Assembly (NCBI RefSeq): GCF_006345805.1
Contig: NC_043023.1
Span: 1,798,001-1,862,000, forward strand
Length of the DNA stretch: 64,000 nucleotides
Reading direction: 5' to 3'
From: Octopus sinensis
Lineage: Eukaryota
Below are positions 1-11,775 of this stretch, piece by piece (the first letter of the stretch is position 1; each line of letters begins with the position of its first letter). The notes under the pieces are model-generated. The model did not search any database. It saw only the letters and a list, made by a program, of their open reading frames with translations, and was not told the DNA's origin. The position numbers were made by a program, and so were the translations under genes.

Positions 1-30
1 ATAGACACACACATAAATATATACATATAC

Positions 31-96
<66 letters not shown>

Positions 97-308
97 GTTA
101 ATCCAAACATGAAAACACAAAGGGAAAACACAACAATGCGAGGACGTGGGAACAAATATAGTATTATTGGATGCTCAGGAAGGAAGGGAAGAAGGAGGGT
201 TTAACGTTTCGAGCGAAGCTCTTCATCAGAAACATAGGAAAAGGAAAGATCCAGAGAAGGGAAGACAGAGGAAAAAAAATCACCAACGGTACACACACGG
301 TCACAATG
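97..308 (-). mobile_element. Short (TA)n-flanked non-coding repeat carrying a minimal hammerhead motif (Penelope pLTR-like remnant)
   Basis: Abuts the (TA)n tract at 1-96 and contains the HHR motif at 199-233. No coding capacity is seen. Confidence 0.55.
199..233 (-). ncRNA. Minimal type I hammerhead ribozyme motif
   Basis: Minus strand reads GTTT-CTGATGA-A-GAGC-TTC-GCTC-GAAAC-GTT-AAAC. Helix I is GTTT/AAAC, helix II is GAGC/GCTC, the core is intact and helix III is the ACGT palindrome. Confidence 0.8.
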
Positions 309-1729
309 CACTTCTTTTAGTTTCCATCTATAAATCCAGTCACAAAGCTTTGGTTGACCGTAGACTCTACTAAAAGACACTTGCCCAAGGTGTCATGCAG
401 TGAGATTGAGCCTGGAACTATGTGATTGGGAAGCAAGATTCTTATCACACAGCCACATCTGCACTTATATATATATGTGTGTGTGTGTGTGCATGTATGT
501 GTGTGTGCATGTTAAAATATCAAGATGAACCTACAGGTGATTTTAAAATTCTGGATTAAGTTATTGATCAGTTTCAGTGTAAATCACTTCATGAGAATAA
601 ATCAAATTCTAATTTACCATTTTCATTATAAAATTATAAAAATATCGTCAGAATTTACAATGCAATTTTGCTCCAGAGAATTTTACGGTAAATTCGCTGC
701 GAATAACAATTATCAAAATAGTTCTTCCCACTTAGTGCTGACAAATAAATTTATCTTCTAAACTCCCAATAGATATCTGTTTTTGCAAGCAAATGCATAT
801 TTTATTATAGCTAAAAGTGGACTTGAAGCTTCTTCAGGGGATATCTGAGAAAGAAAGAGAAACAAATTTCTCATGATGCTAAGAGCAAATCAACTTACAA
901 GAAGAAAGGAAACGATGCAATGTTAAGATTTAAATTCAATTTTAGCATGAAGTTGTAATTATTAAACTATGAAAATATCTTTTATCTTTTACTTGTTTCT
1001 GTCATTAGACTGAGGCCATGCTGGGGCCCCAACTTCAAGAATTTTAAGAGAATCAATTGACCCCAGTAATTTTAATTTTGTACAACCTGGTACATATTCT
1101 ATCATTGTCTTTTGCCAAACTGTAAAGTGACAGTGATGTAAACACACCAACACTGGTTGTTAACCCTGGTACTATTCCATCAGTCTCTTTTACTGAACTT
1201 GGCTGTGTGGCAAGTAGCTTGCTTACAGACAATATGGTTCCGGGTTCAGTCCCACTGTGTGGCACCTTGGGTAAGTGTCTTCTACTATAGCCTTGGACCG
1301 ACCAAAGCCTTGTGAGTGGATTTGGTAGACAAAAACTGAAAGAAGCCCTTCGTGTATATGTATATACATATTATATATATGTATATGTGTTTGTCCCCCC
1401 CCCCCAACATCGCAGGACAACCAATGCTGGTGTGTTTACGTCCCCGTAACTTAGTGACTCGGCAAAAGAGAGTGATATAATAAGTTACAGAGAAAATAAA
1501 TATGAATAGGATTTTTGCACATGCGCACACACAAACACACCATCATTATAGGCAGTAACATTTTAACATCATAGATGTTTTTTACGTTGGCTCTTTCCAT
1601 TGCCAACCCTTACCAGTATCCAAGCAACTTAATATATCCATTGTTCTTTGTTCACAAGCAACACAATATCTGGACATGCTTTCATGGAACATTGCAAATA
1701 TATGATACTGCTCATCTCTTTACCATTTT

Positions 1730-2140
1730 TTTACTCTTTTACTTGTTTCAGTCAGTTGACTGCAGCCATGCTGGAGCACTGCCTTTAGTCAAGCAAATCA
1801 ACCCCAGGACTTATTCTTTGTAAGCCTAGTACTTATTCTATCTGTCCCTTTTGCTGAACCGCCAAGTTACGAGGATGTAAACACACCAGCATCGGTGGTC
1901 AAGCGATGGTGGGGGGACAAACACAGACATACAAACATATACATACATATTATACACATGTATTATTATACACATATATGCGACAGGCTCCTTTTAGTTT
2001 CTGTCTACCAAATCCAATCACAAGGCTTTCGTCAGCCTGAGGATATAGTAGAAAAACACTTGCCCAAGGTGCCATACAGTGGGACTGAACCTGGAACCAT
2101 GAGGTTGGAAAACAAGCTTCTTACCACAGAGCTACACTTG
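1730..2140 (-). mobile_element. tRNA-derived SINE family A (one of ~25 copies or fragments in the window)
   Basis: Reverse complement of the consensus seen at 27105-27573, with internal (TA/CA)n and an (AGTAAAAG)n-type tail. Confidence 0.85.
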
Positions 2141-2668
2141 TACCTATATATGTATGTAAATTATGCATATGATGTGTGTATGTGATATATATATATATAT
2201 AATATATATATATATACATACACACACACACATATATATATATATTATATATATATATATATATACACATACATATGTGTGTGTGTGTATTCATATATAT
2301 ATATAATAATCATACACACACACACACATACATATGTGTGCGTGTATTCACATATATATATAAAATAATCACACACACACGCACACACGCACGCACACAC
2401 ACACGTATGTATATATTTCTGCATACTTGAAGATATTGGTTATGTCTTGTGTAAGGCTTCTTCTATATTTATTAACAGCGATATCTCTATTTAATATTTC
2501 GGAAATATATTTGACTGATTTCTCTCCAACAAAGAACTCAGAACGATTTTTATGGCATACAGCATATAAAAAGCGGCGTTCTTATTTACCATTTTCTAAA
2601 GCAAACATCTGAAACTCAACAGAGAAGAAAAGAATATACACAAACATACACCCATAAATATAAATATA

Positions 2669-2716
2669 TTAGCAGGGATACCCGGCGTTGCAAGGGATTA
2701 AAATGGCATAGTTTGT
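2669..2716 (-). mobile_element. Helitron 3' terminus
   Basis: Minus strand ends ...cccttgcaacgccgggtatccctg-CTAA|T (CTRR terminus with GC-rich subterminal segment). The motif ggatta(a)(a/g)atggcatagtttg is shared with ~24410-24428. Confidence 0.6.
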
Positions 2717-2734
2717 ATATATATATATATATAC

Positions 2735-3122
2735 ACTTTTACTTGTTTCAGTCATTTGACTGCGGCCATGCTGGAGCACTGCCTTTAGTCGAGCACATCA
2801 ACCCCAGGACTTATTCCTTGTAAGCCTAGTACTTATTCTATTGGTCTCTTTTGCCGAACCGCTAAGTTATGGGAATGTAAACACACCAGCATCGGTAATC
2901 AAGCGATGTTGGGGGGACAAACACAGACACAAACACACACATATATATATATACATATATATGACAGGTTTCTTTCAGTTTCCGTCTACCAAATCAACTC
3001 ACAAGGCTTTGGTCAGCCCGAGGCTATAGTAGAAGACACTTGCCCAAGGTGCCACGCAGTGGGACTGAACCCAGAACCATATAGTTGGTAAGCAAGCTAT
3101 TTACCACACAGCCATTCCTGCA

Positions 3123-3125
<3 letters not shown>
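2735..3125 (-). mobile_element. SINE family A, full length
   Basis: Head, internal microsatellite and tail all match the family consensus. Confidence 0.85.
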
Positions 3126-3163
<38 letters not shown>

Positions 3164-3387
3164 TATTAGGGTTATAAGAATTATAGAAATTTTTTATTAC
3201 CAGTGGCCTAGTGCAAAAATAATTTAGTCAATAGACTATATATTATTCATATAAAATATCATGTACATTAAAAGACATTAAGAGGCTTCCATCATAGGAA
3301 AGCCTTGCACTAGAAAGAACAGTTAAAAATTCAAACCACTAATTAGGGATAAATTCTCGAAGAGAATGAAAATTAAAAACATTTACC

Positions 3388-3476
3388 ATCTAATTTAATT
3401 CCTAGACCATGGTTTCTGACTTATTCCAGTAAAAGATTTACTGAGGCCAGTCTTCATCAGTAGGTAGCCTTTAGAT
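3388..3476 (-). ncRNA. Type I hammerhead ribozyme motif with extended helix I
   Basis: Minus strand: CCTA-CTGATGA-A-GACT-[cagtaaa/tttactg hairpin]-AGTC-A-GAAAC-CATG-GTC-TAGG. Helix III is the palindrome ACCATGGT, the distal helix I is ATCTAA/TTAGAT, and there is an A.A mismatch at the base of helix II. Confidence 0.8.
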
Positions 3477-3659
3477 TTTAAATATACACACAATGAGATC
3501 AATTCCGCATGTAAACTCCTTGTTTTGTATATTCTAACTTTTCAAATCCACTGCGCAGATGCAGTTTATTTCCGGCAACATAGAGGATGCCGGTAAAACC
3601 TCGAACAAATTTATCAAAAATCATTTGTGAAGTAAATTTTGAAGCTTTGCATCAACAAC

Positions 3660-3740
3660 AATTTGAGTTTATAACATCAATTTGGACAGAATTATCATTT
3701 TTATAAGAATGGGATGGATCATATCTGAGAAAAGCTCAGG
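3660..3740 (-). mobile_element. Helitron Rep-region fragment
   Basis: Nucleotide match to ~25000-25065, which encodes the FRYDPSHSYKN motif. Confidence 0.65.
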
Positions 3741-5370
3741 CCAACCAAAGCCTTGTGAGTGGATTTGTTAGACGGAAACTGAAAGAATCTTGTCGTATAT
3801 ATGTATATATGTATATGTATGTATGTGTGCGTATATGTTTGTGTATCTGTGTTTGTTCCACCAACATCGCTTGACAACCAATGGTGGTGTGTCTATGTCC
3901 CCGTAACTTAGCAATTCGACAAAAGAGACTGATAGAATAAGTGCTAGGCTTACAAAGAATAAGTCCTGGAGTGGATTTGCTTGACTAAAGGCGGTGCTCC
4001 AGCATGGCCACAATCAAATGACTGAAACCAGTAAACGAGTAAAAGAGATAAACATGTATTTTTATATCACTTGGAACTTCTACATAATTGTTTTTTGTCA
4101 AGAGTTTTACCTCCAGTAGTTCTCATCACATATATATGTATGTATAAATGTATGTGTGTGTTTAATAACGTACATAATAGGCATTCAAACACATACACTC
4201 ACTGACACATACACATTTACACACAAAAGGTGATGATATGCACACATACACTCTCAAATGCAGTCACATACATATAGTAAGAGAGACACAAGCAAACATA
4301 CATTCATGCATGTCAGTCGTAACATGTGTATATATTTGTAGATGTGTGTGTGTGTGTGTTTAATAATATACCTAATGTGGAAACACACACAGAGTCAGAG
4401 AGACATACATACTCATATATGTGACGTGGTGGTAATAGTAGTGGTGGTATAAAATGTCCTTTACTATCTCGTACATATTGAACATACAAACAGACACACA
4501 TAAAGTGAAACAATATTATAGTCTTATCGCATTAGAATTAAAAGTGAAAGAATAAAAGTGAAACAATATATCACACAAGGAAGTCAGTTTATAGTTAAAA
4601 ATTAAAAACCCCATTTCAGTGTATAAAGCTGTAGAAGAAAATAGGTTGTGTGAAAAAACTCGAGCCCCTCTTTGCAATATCTTTTTCTAATGCATGAACA
4701 CACACTGGCATGGTTGAATTTTCATTGCTTAGTAATGAAGGCCTATCGGCTGTATACCATCATCATCATCATCATCATCATTTAGCGTCCGTTTTCCATG
4801 CTAGCATGGGTTGGACGGTTCTACTGTGGTCTGTGAAGCCAGAAGGCTTCATCAGGCCCAGTCAAATCTGGCAGTGTTTCTACGGCTGGATGCCCTTCCT
4901 AACGCCAACCACTCCGTGAGTGTAGTGGGTGCTTTTTACGTGCCACCCGCACTGGTGCCAGACAGAGCTGGCAAACGGCCACGAACGGATGGTGCTTTTT
5001 ATGTGCCACCGGCACGAGGGCCAGGCGAGGCTGGCAACAGACATGAAACGGGGCGGTGCTGGCAACGGTCGCGAAACGGAAAGTTCTCTTACATGCCACC
5101 GGCACTGGTAACACATCTGCAATTTCCATTGATCGATTTCCATTGATCGATTTCGATTCTGATCCTCACTTGCCTCAATGGGTCTTCACAAGCAGAGTTT
5201 CGACATGCCACCGGCACTGGTAGCACATCCGCAATTTCCATTGATCGATTTCGATTCTGATCCTCACTTGCCTCAACACGTCTTCACAAGTAGAGTTTTG
5301 TGTCCCAAGAAGGGAAGGTATGCATACGTAGGCTGGCTCCATCCCATGTAGAAGGCCACGGGTTGTGGAC

Positions 5371-5607
5371 TCACTTGTCCTGCCGGGTCTTCTCGCGCAC
5401 AGCACACTTCCAGAGGTCTCGGTCTCTAGTCATTTCCTCAGTGAGACCTAAAGTTCGAAGGTCGTGCTTCACCACCTCGTCCCAGGTTTTCCTGGGTCTG
5501 CCTCTTCCACAGGTTCCCTCAACCGCTAGGGTGTGGCACTTTTTCACACAACTATCTTCATCCATTCTCGCCACATGACCATACCAGCGCAAACGTCTCT
5601 CTTGCAC
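5371..5607 (-). pseudogene. RTE ORF C-terminus
   Basis: RRLRWYGHVARM...GRGRPRKTW...DRDLWK, typical of the RTE C-terminus. Stop codon at 5371. Confidence 0.92.
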
Positions 5608-7090
5608 ACCACAACTGATGCTTCTTTTCTCTCAAGGTACTTACACTCTGCCGAGTGTGAGTACCGGCATTACACATCCATCGGAGCATACTGGCTTCAT
5701 TTCTAGCGAGCTTACGCATATCCTCAGCAGTCACGGCCCATGTTTCACTGCCATGTAGCATGGCTGTTCGTACACACGCATCATACAGTCTGCCTTTCAC
5801 TCTGTGCGAGAGGCCTTTTGTCACCAGCAGAGGTAAGAGCTCTCTGAACTTTGCCCAAGCTATTCTTACTCTAGCAGTTACACTTTGAACACACCCGCCC
5901 CCGCTGCTGACTTGGTCACCTAGGTAACGGAAACTATCAACTATTTCTAGTTTTTCTCCCTGGAAAGTGACGGAAGTTGGTCTCAGAGCATTTTCAGTGT
6001 TTATTGTTCCTGAGCATCTGCCACATACAAAAACCATCTTCCTAGTTAGCCTTCCTTTGACATTGCTGCATCTCTTATGTGTCCATAGCTTACACTTGGT
6101 GCATCTTATAGAGTTTCTACCTACACCTTTTCTACAGATCGAGCAGGGCCATCTACCTGAAGGTGTTTGTGATTTGTCTACCTTCCTACTGATTACGACT
6201 TTGGTTTTAGCTAGATTGACTCTGAGGCCCTTCGATTCTAATCCTTGTTTCCACACCTGAAACTTCTCCTCCAGTTCTGATAGCGACTCAGCAATTAGAG
6301 CAAGGTCATCAGCATAGAGGAGCTCCCAAGGGCATCCTGTCTTGAATTCCTCCGTTATTGCCTGGAGGACTAAGATAAATAGGAGGGGGCTGAGTACTGA
6401 GCCTTGGTGGACCCCTACCTCTACCCGGAATTCTTCACTGTACTCATTTCCAACCCTCACCCTACTAGCGGCGTCCCTATACATGGCCCGCACAGCTCTC
6501 ACTAACCATTCATCTATCCCTAGTTTTCTCATTGCCCACCAGATAAGGGATCGGGGGACCCTGTCGAAGGCTTTCTCCATGTCAACAAAAGCCAGGTACA
6601 GGGGCTTATCTTTGGCTAGGTATTTCTCCTGCAGCTGCCTTACCAGGAATATAGCATCAGTAGTACTTTTCCCTGGCACAAACCCAAACTGCATCTCATC
6701 TAAACTAACTCTCTCTCTAATTAGTTGGGCTATGACCCTCTCCGTAACCTTCATCACCTGGTCCAACAGCTTGATACCTCTGTAGTTATTTGTATCTAGG
6801 GCATCACCTTTACCTTTGTAGCAGTTGACTATTATACTGCTACACCAGTCATTGGGTATGACCCCTTTGTGTATCACCTGATTAACTATATGGGTGACTA
6901 GGCTATAGCCGACACTACCAGACATTTTGAGCATCTCTGCAGTGATTCCTGATGGGCCTGGGGCTTTCCCTGTCTTCATGCTTCTAATTGCCTTAGCTAC
7001 CACAGAACTATCAACTCGGATAGCTGGTCCCTCTGTTGGGTCAACATTCGGCAGACTCTCTTTATCCCATTCATTTTCTTCATTCAGCAA
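5558..7090 (-). pseudogene. RTE ORF, reverse transcriptase with Cys-rich insertion
   Basis: 510-aa frame with KAPGPSG, NYRGIKLL, QFGFVPGKST, FVDMEKAFDRV, GVHQGSVLSP, YADD and FRYLG. Confidence 0.97.
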
Positions 7091-7335
7091 CCTTTCATAG
7101 TGGCATCTCCAGAATCTCTCTTTGCATCCTCATTTAGCGCAAGTGAACCATCTTCCATGCGAACACACTTCTCTCCTACCACATCACGATTCTCTCTCAC
7201 ACACTGTCTTGCAACACGAAACACCTCCAGTCTTTGGTCCTCACGGCGCAGAACATTGGCAAATTTTTTCTTATCTGCTTCCCCTCTGGCTAAATAAACC
7301 TGTCTCCTAGCTTCTCTTTTGGCAGTCTGATACAA
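7084..7335 (-). pseudogene. RTE ORF, EN-RT linker segment
   Basis: YQTAKREARRQV... continues the ORF between the EN and RT frames across short indels. Confidence 0.85.
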
Positions 7336-7354
7336 TCCCTGCTACCCCCATTTT

Positions 7355-8524
7355 TCAGACCTTCCAAGCCTGTCTCTTTTCTCTAATAGCCCTGTCTACA
7401 ATATTGTTCCACCACCACGTTATTCTAGGTCGAGAGGGGACTTTGCACCAGCCACAGATCTGGTCAGTGGCTCTCAGCAGGTTGTCCCTTAGAAACGTCC
7501 AGCTGTCTTCTACCCCCTGTGATGCTCTATCCCCTTCTACTTCGTCAGAGGCTTCAAGTAATATGTCCCTAAATCTCTGTCCATTTGCAGGATCTTTAAG
7601 CTTCCAGATCCTTCTTCTCCATATTTGTCGTCTTCTGGTTGTCCTCCTAGTCCTAATCCTAAAGTCACTAACTACCAGTCTATGTTGTGGGGTACATTCT
7701 TCACCTGGGAAGGTTTTGGCATTTATAAGCAGCCATCTCTCCCTTTGCCTTGTAAGGATGTAGTCAATTTGGCTGGTATGTTGGCCCGATTGGTAAGTGA
7801 CTAGGTGGCTGGTAGGTTTCCTGAAGTTAGTGTTGCAAATCATAAGATTATTTGCATCGCAGAACTCCAGCAGCCTGGTTCCCTCCTCGTTGCGGGAGCC
7901 ATAGCCATAGCCTCCATGTACGCCATGGAAGCCCCCAGCATGTCGTCCAACGTGACCATTGAAGTCACCAGCCACAAAGATAAGGTCTCTGTCGTTCGTC
8001 AATGAGGTAGTCTGCAGTAGAGTGTCATAGAATCGGTCTTTCTGTCCATCGGGTAGCCCCGACTGAGGAGCATAGGCTGATATAATGGTTGCTAAACTAT
8101 GATGAAGCACTAATCTAATCTTAAGTATTCTGTCACTTACTCTGATTACCTCAATTACTTTATCTACCCATTTCTCAGCGATAAGTATACCCATGCCACC
8201 AACCCCGTCAGTGTTCCCAGCCCAGAAAATCTTGTACCTGCGTTCCTTGCCTGTGAGGAACCTAGCTGATCCTCCTCTCCACCTTATTTCTTGCATGCAA
8301 CATATATCCACACATCTCCGTTCAAGCATCTCGACTATCTCACCAGACCTACCTTTCAGAGTGCCAACGTTGAGGGTGCCAACCCTGAGGGTGTGGAAGG
8401 CATGGGCTCTAGAGACCCTGGGACGGTGGACAGTAGCTTCGTGTACCTGAAAAGAAAGCTCGCATTTGGCAGAATTCATGTGCAAGAAATGAAGTAGTAA
8501 AGTAGCCTTCAGTACAACCTGCAT
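7355..8524 (-). pseudogene. RTE ORF, apurinic-like endonuclease domain
   Basis: 389-aa open frame with the APE motifs GTLNVGTL, CMQEIRW, SAYAPQ, AGDFNGHVG, SQIDYIL and QHRLV. Confidence 0.95.
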
Positions 8525-8696
8525 AACGCTAGCCTTTCATATTTTGCACTGTATGAACATTACCTTACATAGGTTGAGACTAGGGGTAGGGAGGGGTAGG
8601 GATGGTGAGAGCATTTGCAGTCTTCATGGGAAGCAACCCCAGGATGGAAGAGAATAGGAACTTCCTGCATGCGTGGTGGGGGTGGGAGGGCGGGTG

Positions 8697-9029
8697 CACC
8701 GTAGCTGAGTAAAGAGGTTCTGTTAATCGTGAGCTAGCAAATGGGGTTGTATGAATCGGGAGACAATACTAAACGAAAAATTGAAAAATTGAAAAATCAG
8801 AGAGTGGCTATGAACCTGGAGACAAGTCTAAACGAAAAAAAAAAATGTTTGAGCTAGACAGGGTAATGAGGGAATACTGAAAGAATGAGTGACAATACAA
8901 TGAGATGGAAATTGAAGAATAGAGAAAGAATAAGGATAAGTGCAAGAAAGAAAGAAGGTAGTCGTAGCGAGGTTGGACGATTCACTTAACTTTTAGCCAT
9001 TCATGATCTGTGCGTATTCTTTAGATATT
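8697..9029. repeat. ~330-bp direct repeat, copy 1 (RTE 5' region)
   Basis: Near-identical to 9316-9641 (caccgtagctgagtaaagagg...ctttagatatt). Confidence 0.95.
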
Positions 9030-9315
9030 TTGAAGCGATTTGGGTTAACGATAAATGCGATCGCTCTTTTATGTATGGCGATGATGGTTTTGGGGAGGGG
9101 GGGGCATAGAGGACCATGGCGATGATGGTTATGGGAAGGGGGGACATAGCGAGAGAGAGATAGGGTTAGTTAGAGAGAGAGGTCAAGGGACACGTGACAA
9201 TAAGCGGTGTGAGGGAATTTGACTGGGGACGACATTGTCGATAAATAAACATTAGATAAATAGGTTTGAAAATCAGAAAAATCAGAGGGAATATCATTAT
9301 TGATAGCTAATATAA

Positions 9316-9641
9316 CACCGTAGCTGAGTAAAGAGGTTCTGTTAATCGTGAGCTAGCAAATGGGTTTGTATGAATCGGGAGACAATACTAAACGAAAAAT
9401 TGAAAAATTGAAAAATCAGAGTGGCTATGAACCTGGAGACAAGTCTAAACGAAAAAAAAAATGTGTGAGCTAGACAGGGTAATGAGGGAATACTGAAAGA
9501 ATGAGGGACAATACAATGAGATGGAAATTGAAGAATAGAGAAAGAATAAGGATAAGTGCAAGAAAGAAGGTAGTCGTAGCGAGGTTGGATGATTCACTTA
9601 ACTTTTAGCCATTCATGATCTGTGCGTATTCTTTAGATATT
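9316..9641. repeat. ~330-bp direct repeat, copy 2
   Basis: Near-identical to 8697-9029. Confidence 0.95.
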
Positions 9642-10654
9642 ATGGTTTTTTTATTGAGGGAGAATTGTAAATAATGTATTTATTGGGTTGGTGCATAATT
9701 ATTGCAGCTCTTTATCAATAAATTTTATTCAACAAAAACAATAACAACATTTAACAAAAACATCTTTAAACGATTATTCTGGAGCATATTCACCATCTAC
9801 TTCAATTGCTGCTTCCCAGTCCAATCCTTTATAATAATCATCATGATCATCATCTTCATTCATTTTCCATGCTAGCAGGAGTTTGACAGGAGCTGATAAG
9901 GCCAGGGACCTCACCAGGCTCCTATTATCTGTTTTGGCATGGTTTCTGTAGTGGATGCCCTTCCAAACACCAACCATTCTACAGAGTGAACTGGGTGCTT
10001 TTTATGTGGAACCAACACCAGCATGGTCTACTTTGGGTTGGTTTTTAGGGCTGGATGCCTTTCCTAATGCCAACCATTTTGCAGAGTGTACTGAGTGCTT
10101 TTTATGTGGAATGAGCACCAGTAAGGTTTTACATGTTCCCAGAATCAGTAATTTTTTATGCATTACTTCATCTATATTAACCCTCCCCACTGTACCTTGA
10201 GGGTCTAATCTGAATCATCATCTCTCCCAATCTGTATCTTTCGCTCTAAGTCCCTCTTTCTCTCCCTTCTTCTCCAACTGGGTTATCTTTGTATCTCTTC
10301 TACAGAAAGACACCCATCTCTGTCCCTCTATTATTATTTTAACTTCTCACCAATTGGCACAAAGGCACCACCCTCAGTACTACTCCCCCAAAAGCTGAGG
10401 GGACTTTGTCCTGTCTTTCCAGGTACTTCGTGACCACAGTGGTGCTGGTAGAACATAAAAAATGCACCCAGTACAGCTCTGTAAAGTGGTTGGCATTAGG
10501 AAGAGCATCTAGCCATAGAAACCAAACCAAAACAAACAATTGGAGCCTGGAGCAGCCCTCTGGTTTGCCGATTCTTGTCAAACTATCAAAACCATGCCTT
10601 CAACGAAAACAAACATTAAATGATGATGATAAGGATATTGATATATATTGCATT

Positions 10655-11062
10655 TAGGTACTCGCACTCAAGCCCCGTGCTAGTAGGGTGTTAAGAGCAC
10701 CATCCGAGCACGATCATTGCCAGAGCAGCTCTCCGGACTCCGTGCCGGTGGCACGTAAAAGACACCATTCGAGCGTGATTGTTACCAGCATCGACTTACT
10801 GGTACCTGTGCCAGTGGCATGTCTAAAAGTTCGAGCGAGGTTGTTGCCAGTACTGCCTGACTGGCTCCATCCTGGTGGCATATAAAAGCACCCACTACAC
10901 TCTCAGAGTGGTTGGCATTAGGATGGGCAGAAGGGCCTGCAGCTGTAGAAAGTCTGCCAGATCAAGATTGAAGCCTGGTGCAGCCATCTGGTTTGCCAGC
11001 CCTCAGTCAAATCGTCCAACCCATGCTAGCATGGAAAAGCGGACGTAAACAATGATGATGAT
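10655..11062 (+). mobile_element. 5'-truncated RTE 3'-UTR copy
   Basis: Ends ...caacccatgctagcatggaaaagcggacgtaaacaatgatgatg. Similar tail copies lie at ~9841-10110(-), 10340-10630(+), 14170-14470(+), 14712-15101(+), 16490-16960(-), 23875-23995(-), 44800-44905(+), 51160-51440(+) and 54335-54487(-). Confidence 0.85.
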
Positions 11063-11065
11063 ATA

Positions 11066-11110
<45 letters not shown>

Positions 11111-11215
11111 GGTACACACACATACACATTTGTAGGTACATATAAGGTATCTATACAAATCATCATGTTTTTCTCTCCTCTTTATATATATATATATAAT
11201 ATACATATAATTAAC

Positions 11216-11254
<39 letters not shown>

Positions 11255-11775
11255 CACATATATATAGATACACATATATATATACATATATATATATAAA
11301 ATATAATATATATATATATAATATATATATATATACATAATAAATAAGAGAGTGGTCACTATATGCACTCTAGCACCAGTTAATCCAAAAGGTTTCAACT
11401 CACGAAAATACATGTATTTTCGTGGTGAAACCTTTTGGATTAACTGGTGCTAGAGTGAAGCCATATAGTGACCACTCTCTTATATTTATTTTGTAAAAAT
11501 ATTCTAAATATGTTATAAAATATTATAATAATCCAGGTTTCTCGGAGCATAGGCACTTGGTGGTGAATAGATATACTATTAATTAGTATCTAATTCTCTC
11601 ACCCTTATTAATTAATTAAATATGCTGCATTTATTTCTAAAGGCTGTATTGTTTTCCGTGAAAGTTGGCGCGCTGTTAGTTGGGGCATTTGAATTATAAC
11701 GTCGGATGTAATCAATTGAACCAACGACGTATTTATCGTTATGGTAAAATCTGGCGTGTGAGTGATGGATTTCAT

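Larger units (their letters stand above)
4758..9641 (-). mobile_element. Near full-length RTE-clade non-LTR retrotransposon (LINE)
   Basis: APE endonuclease and RT in one frameshifted ORF, ~0.6-kb 3' UTR ending in (TGA)n at 4758-4781, and ~1.1-kb 5' region. No TSD was found. Confidence 0.95.

Noticed and set aside
764-842. Possible decayed hammerhead on the minus strand (TCCC-CTGAAGA...AAAAAC-AGATATCT-ATT-GGGA)
   Set aside because: GAAA is absent and helix II cannot be paired convincingly. It may be an old copy but is not supportable.
4835-4860. CTGATGA-AGCC-TTCT-GGCT in the RTE 3' UTR
   Set aside because: No GAAA or NUH follows, and other tail copies differ here.
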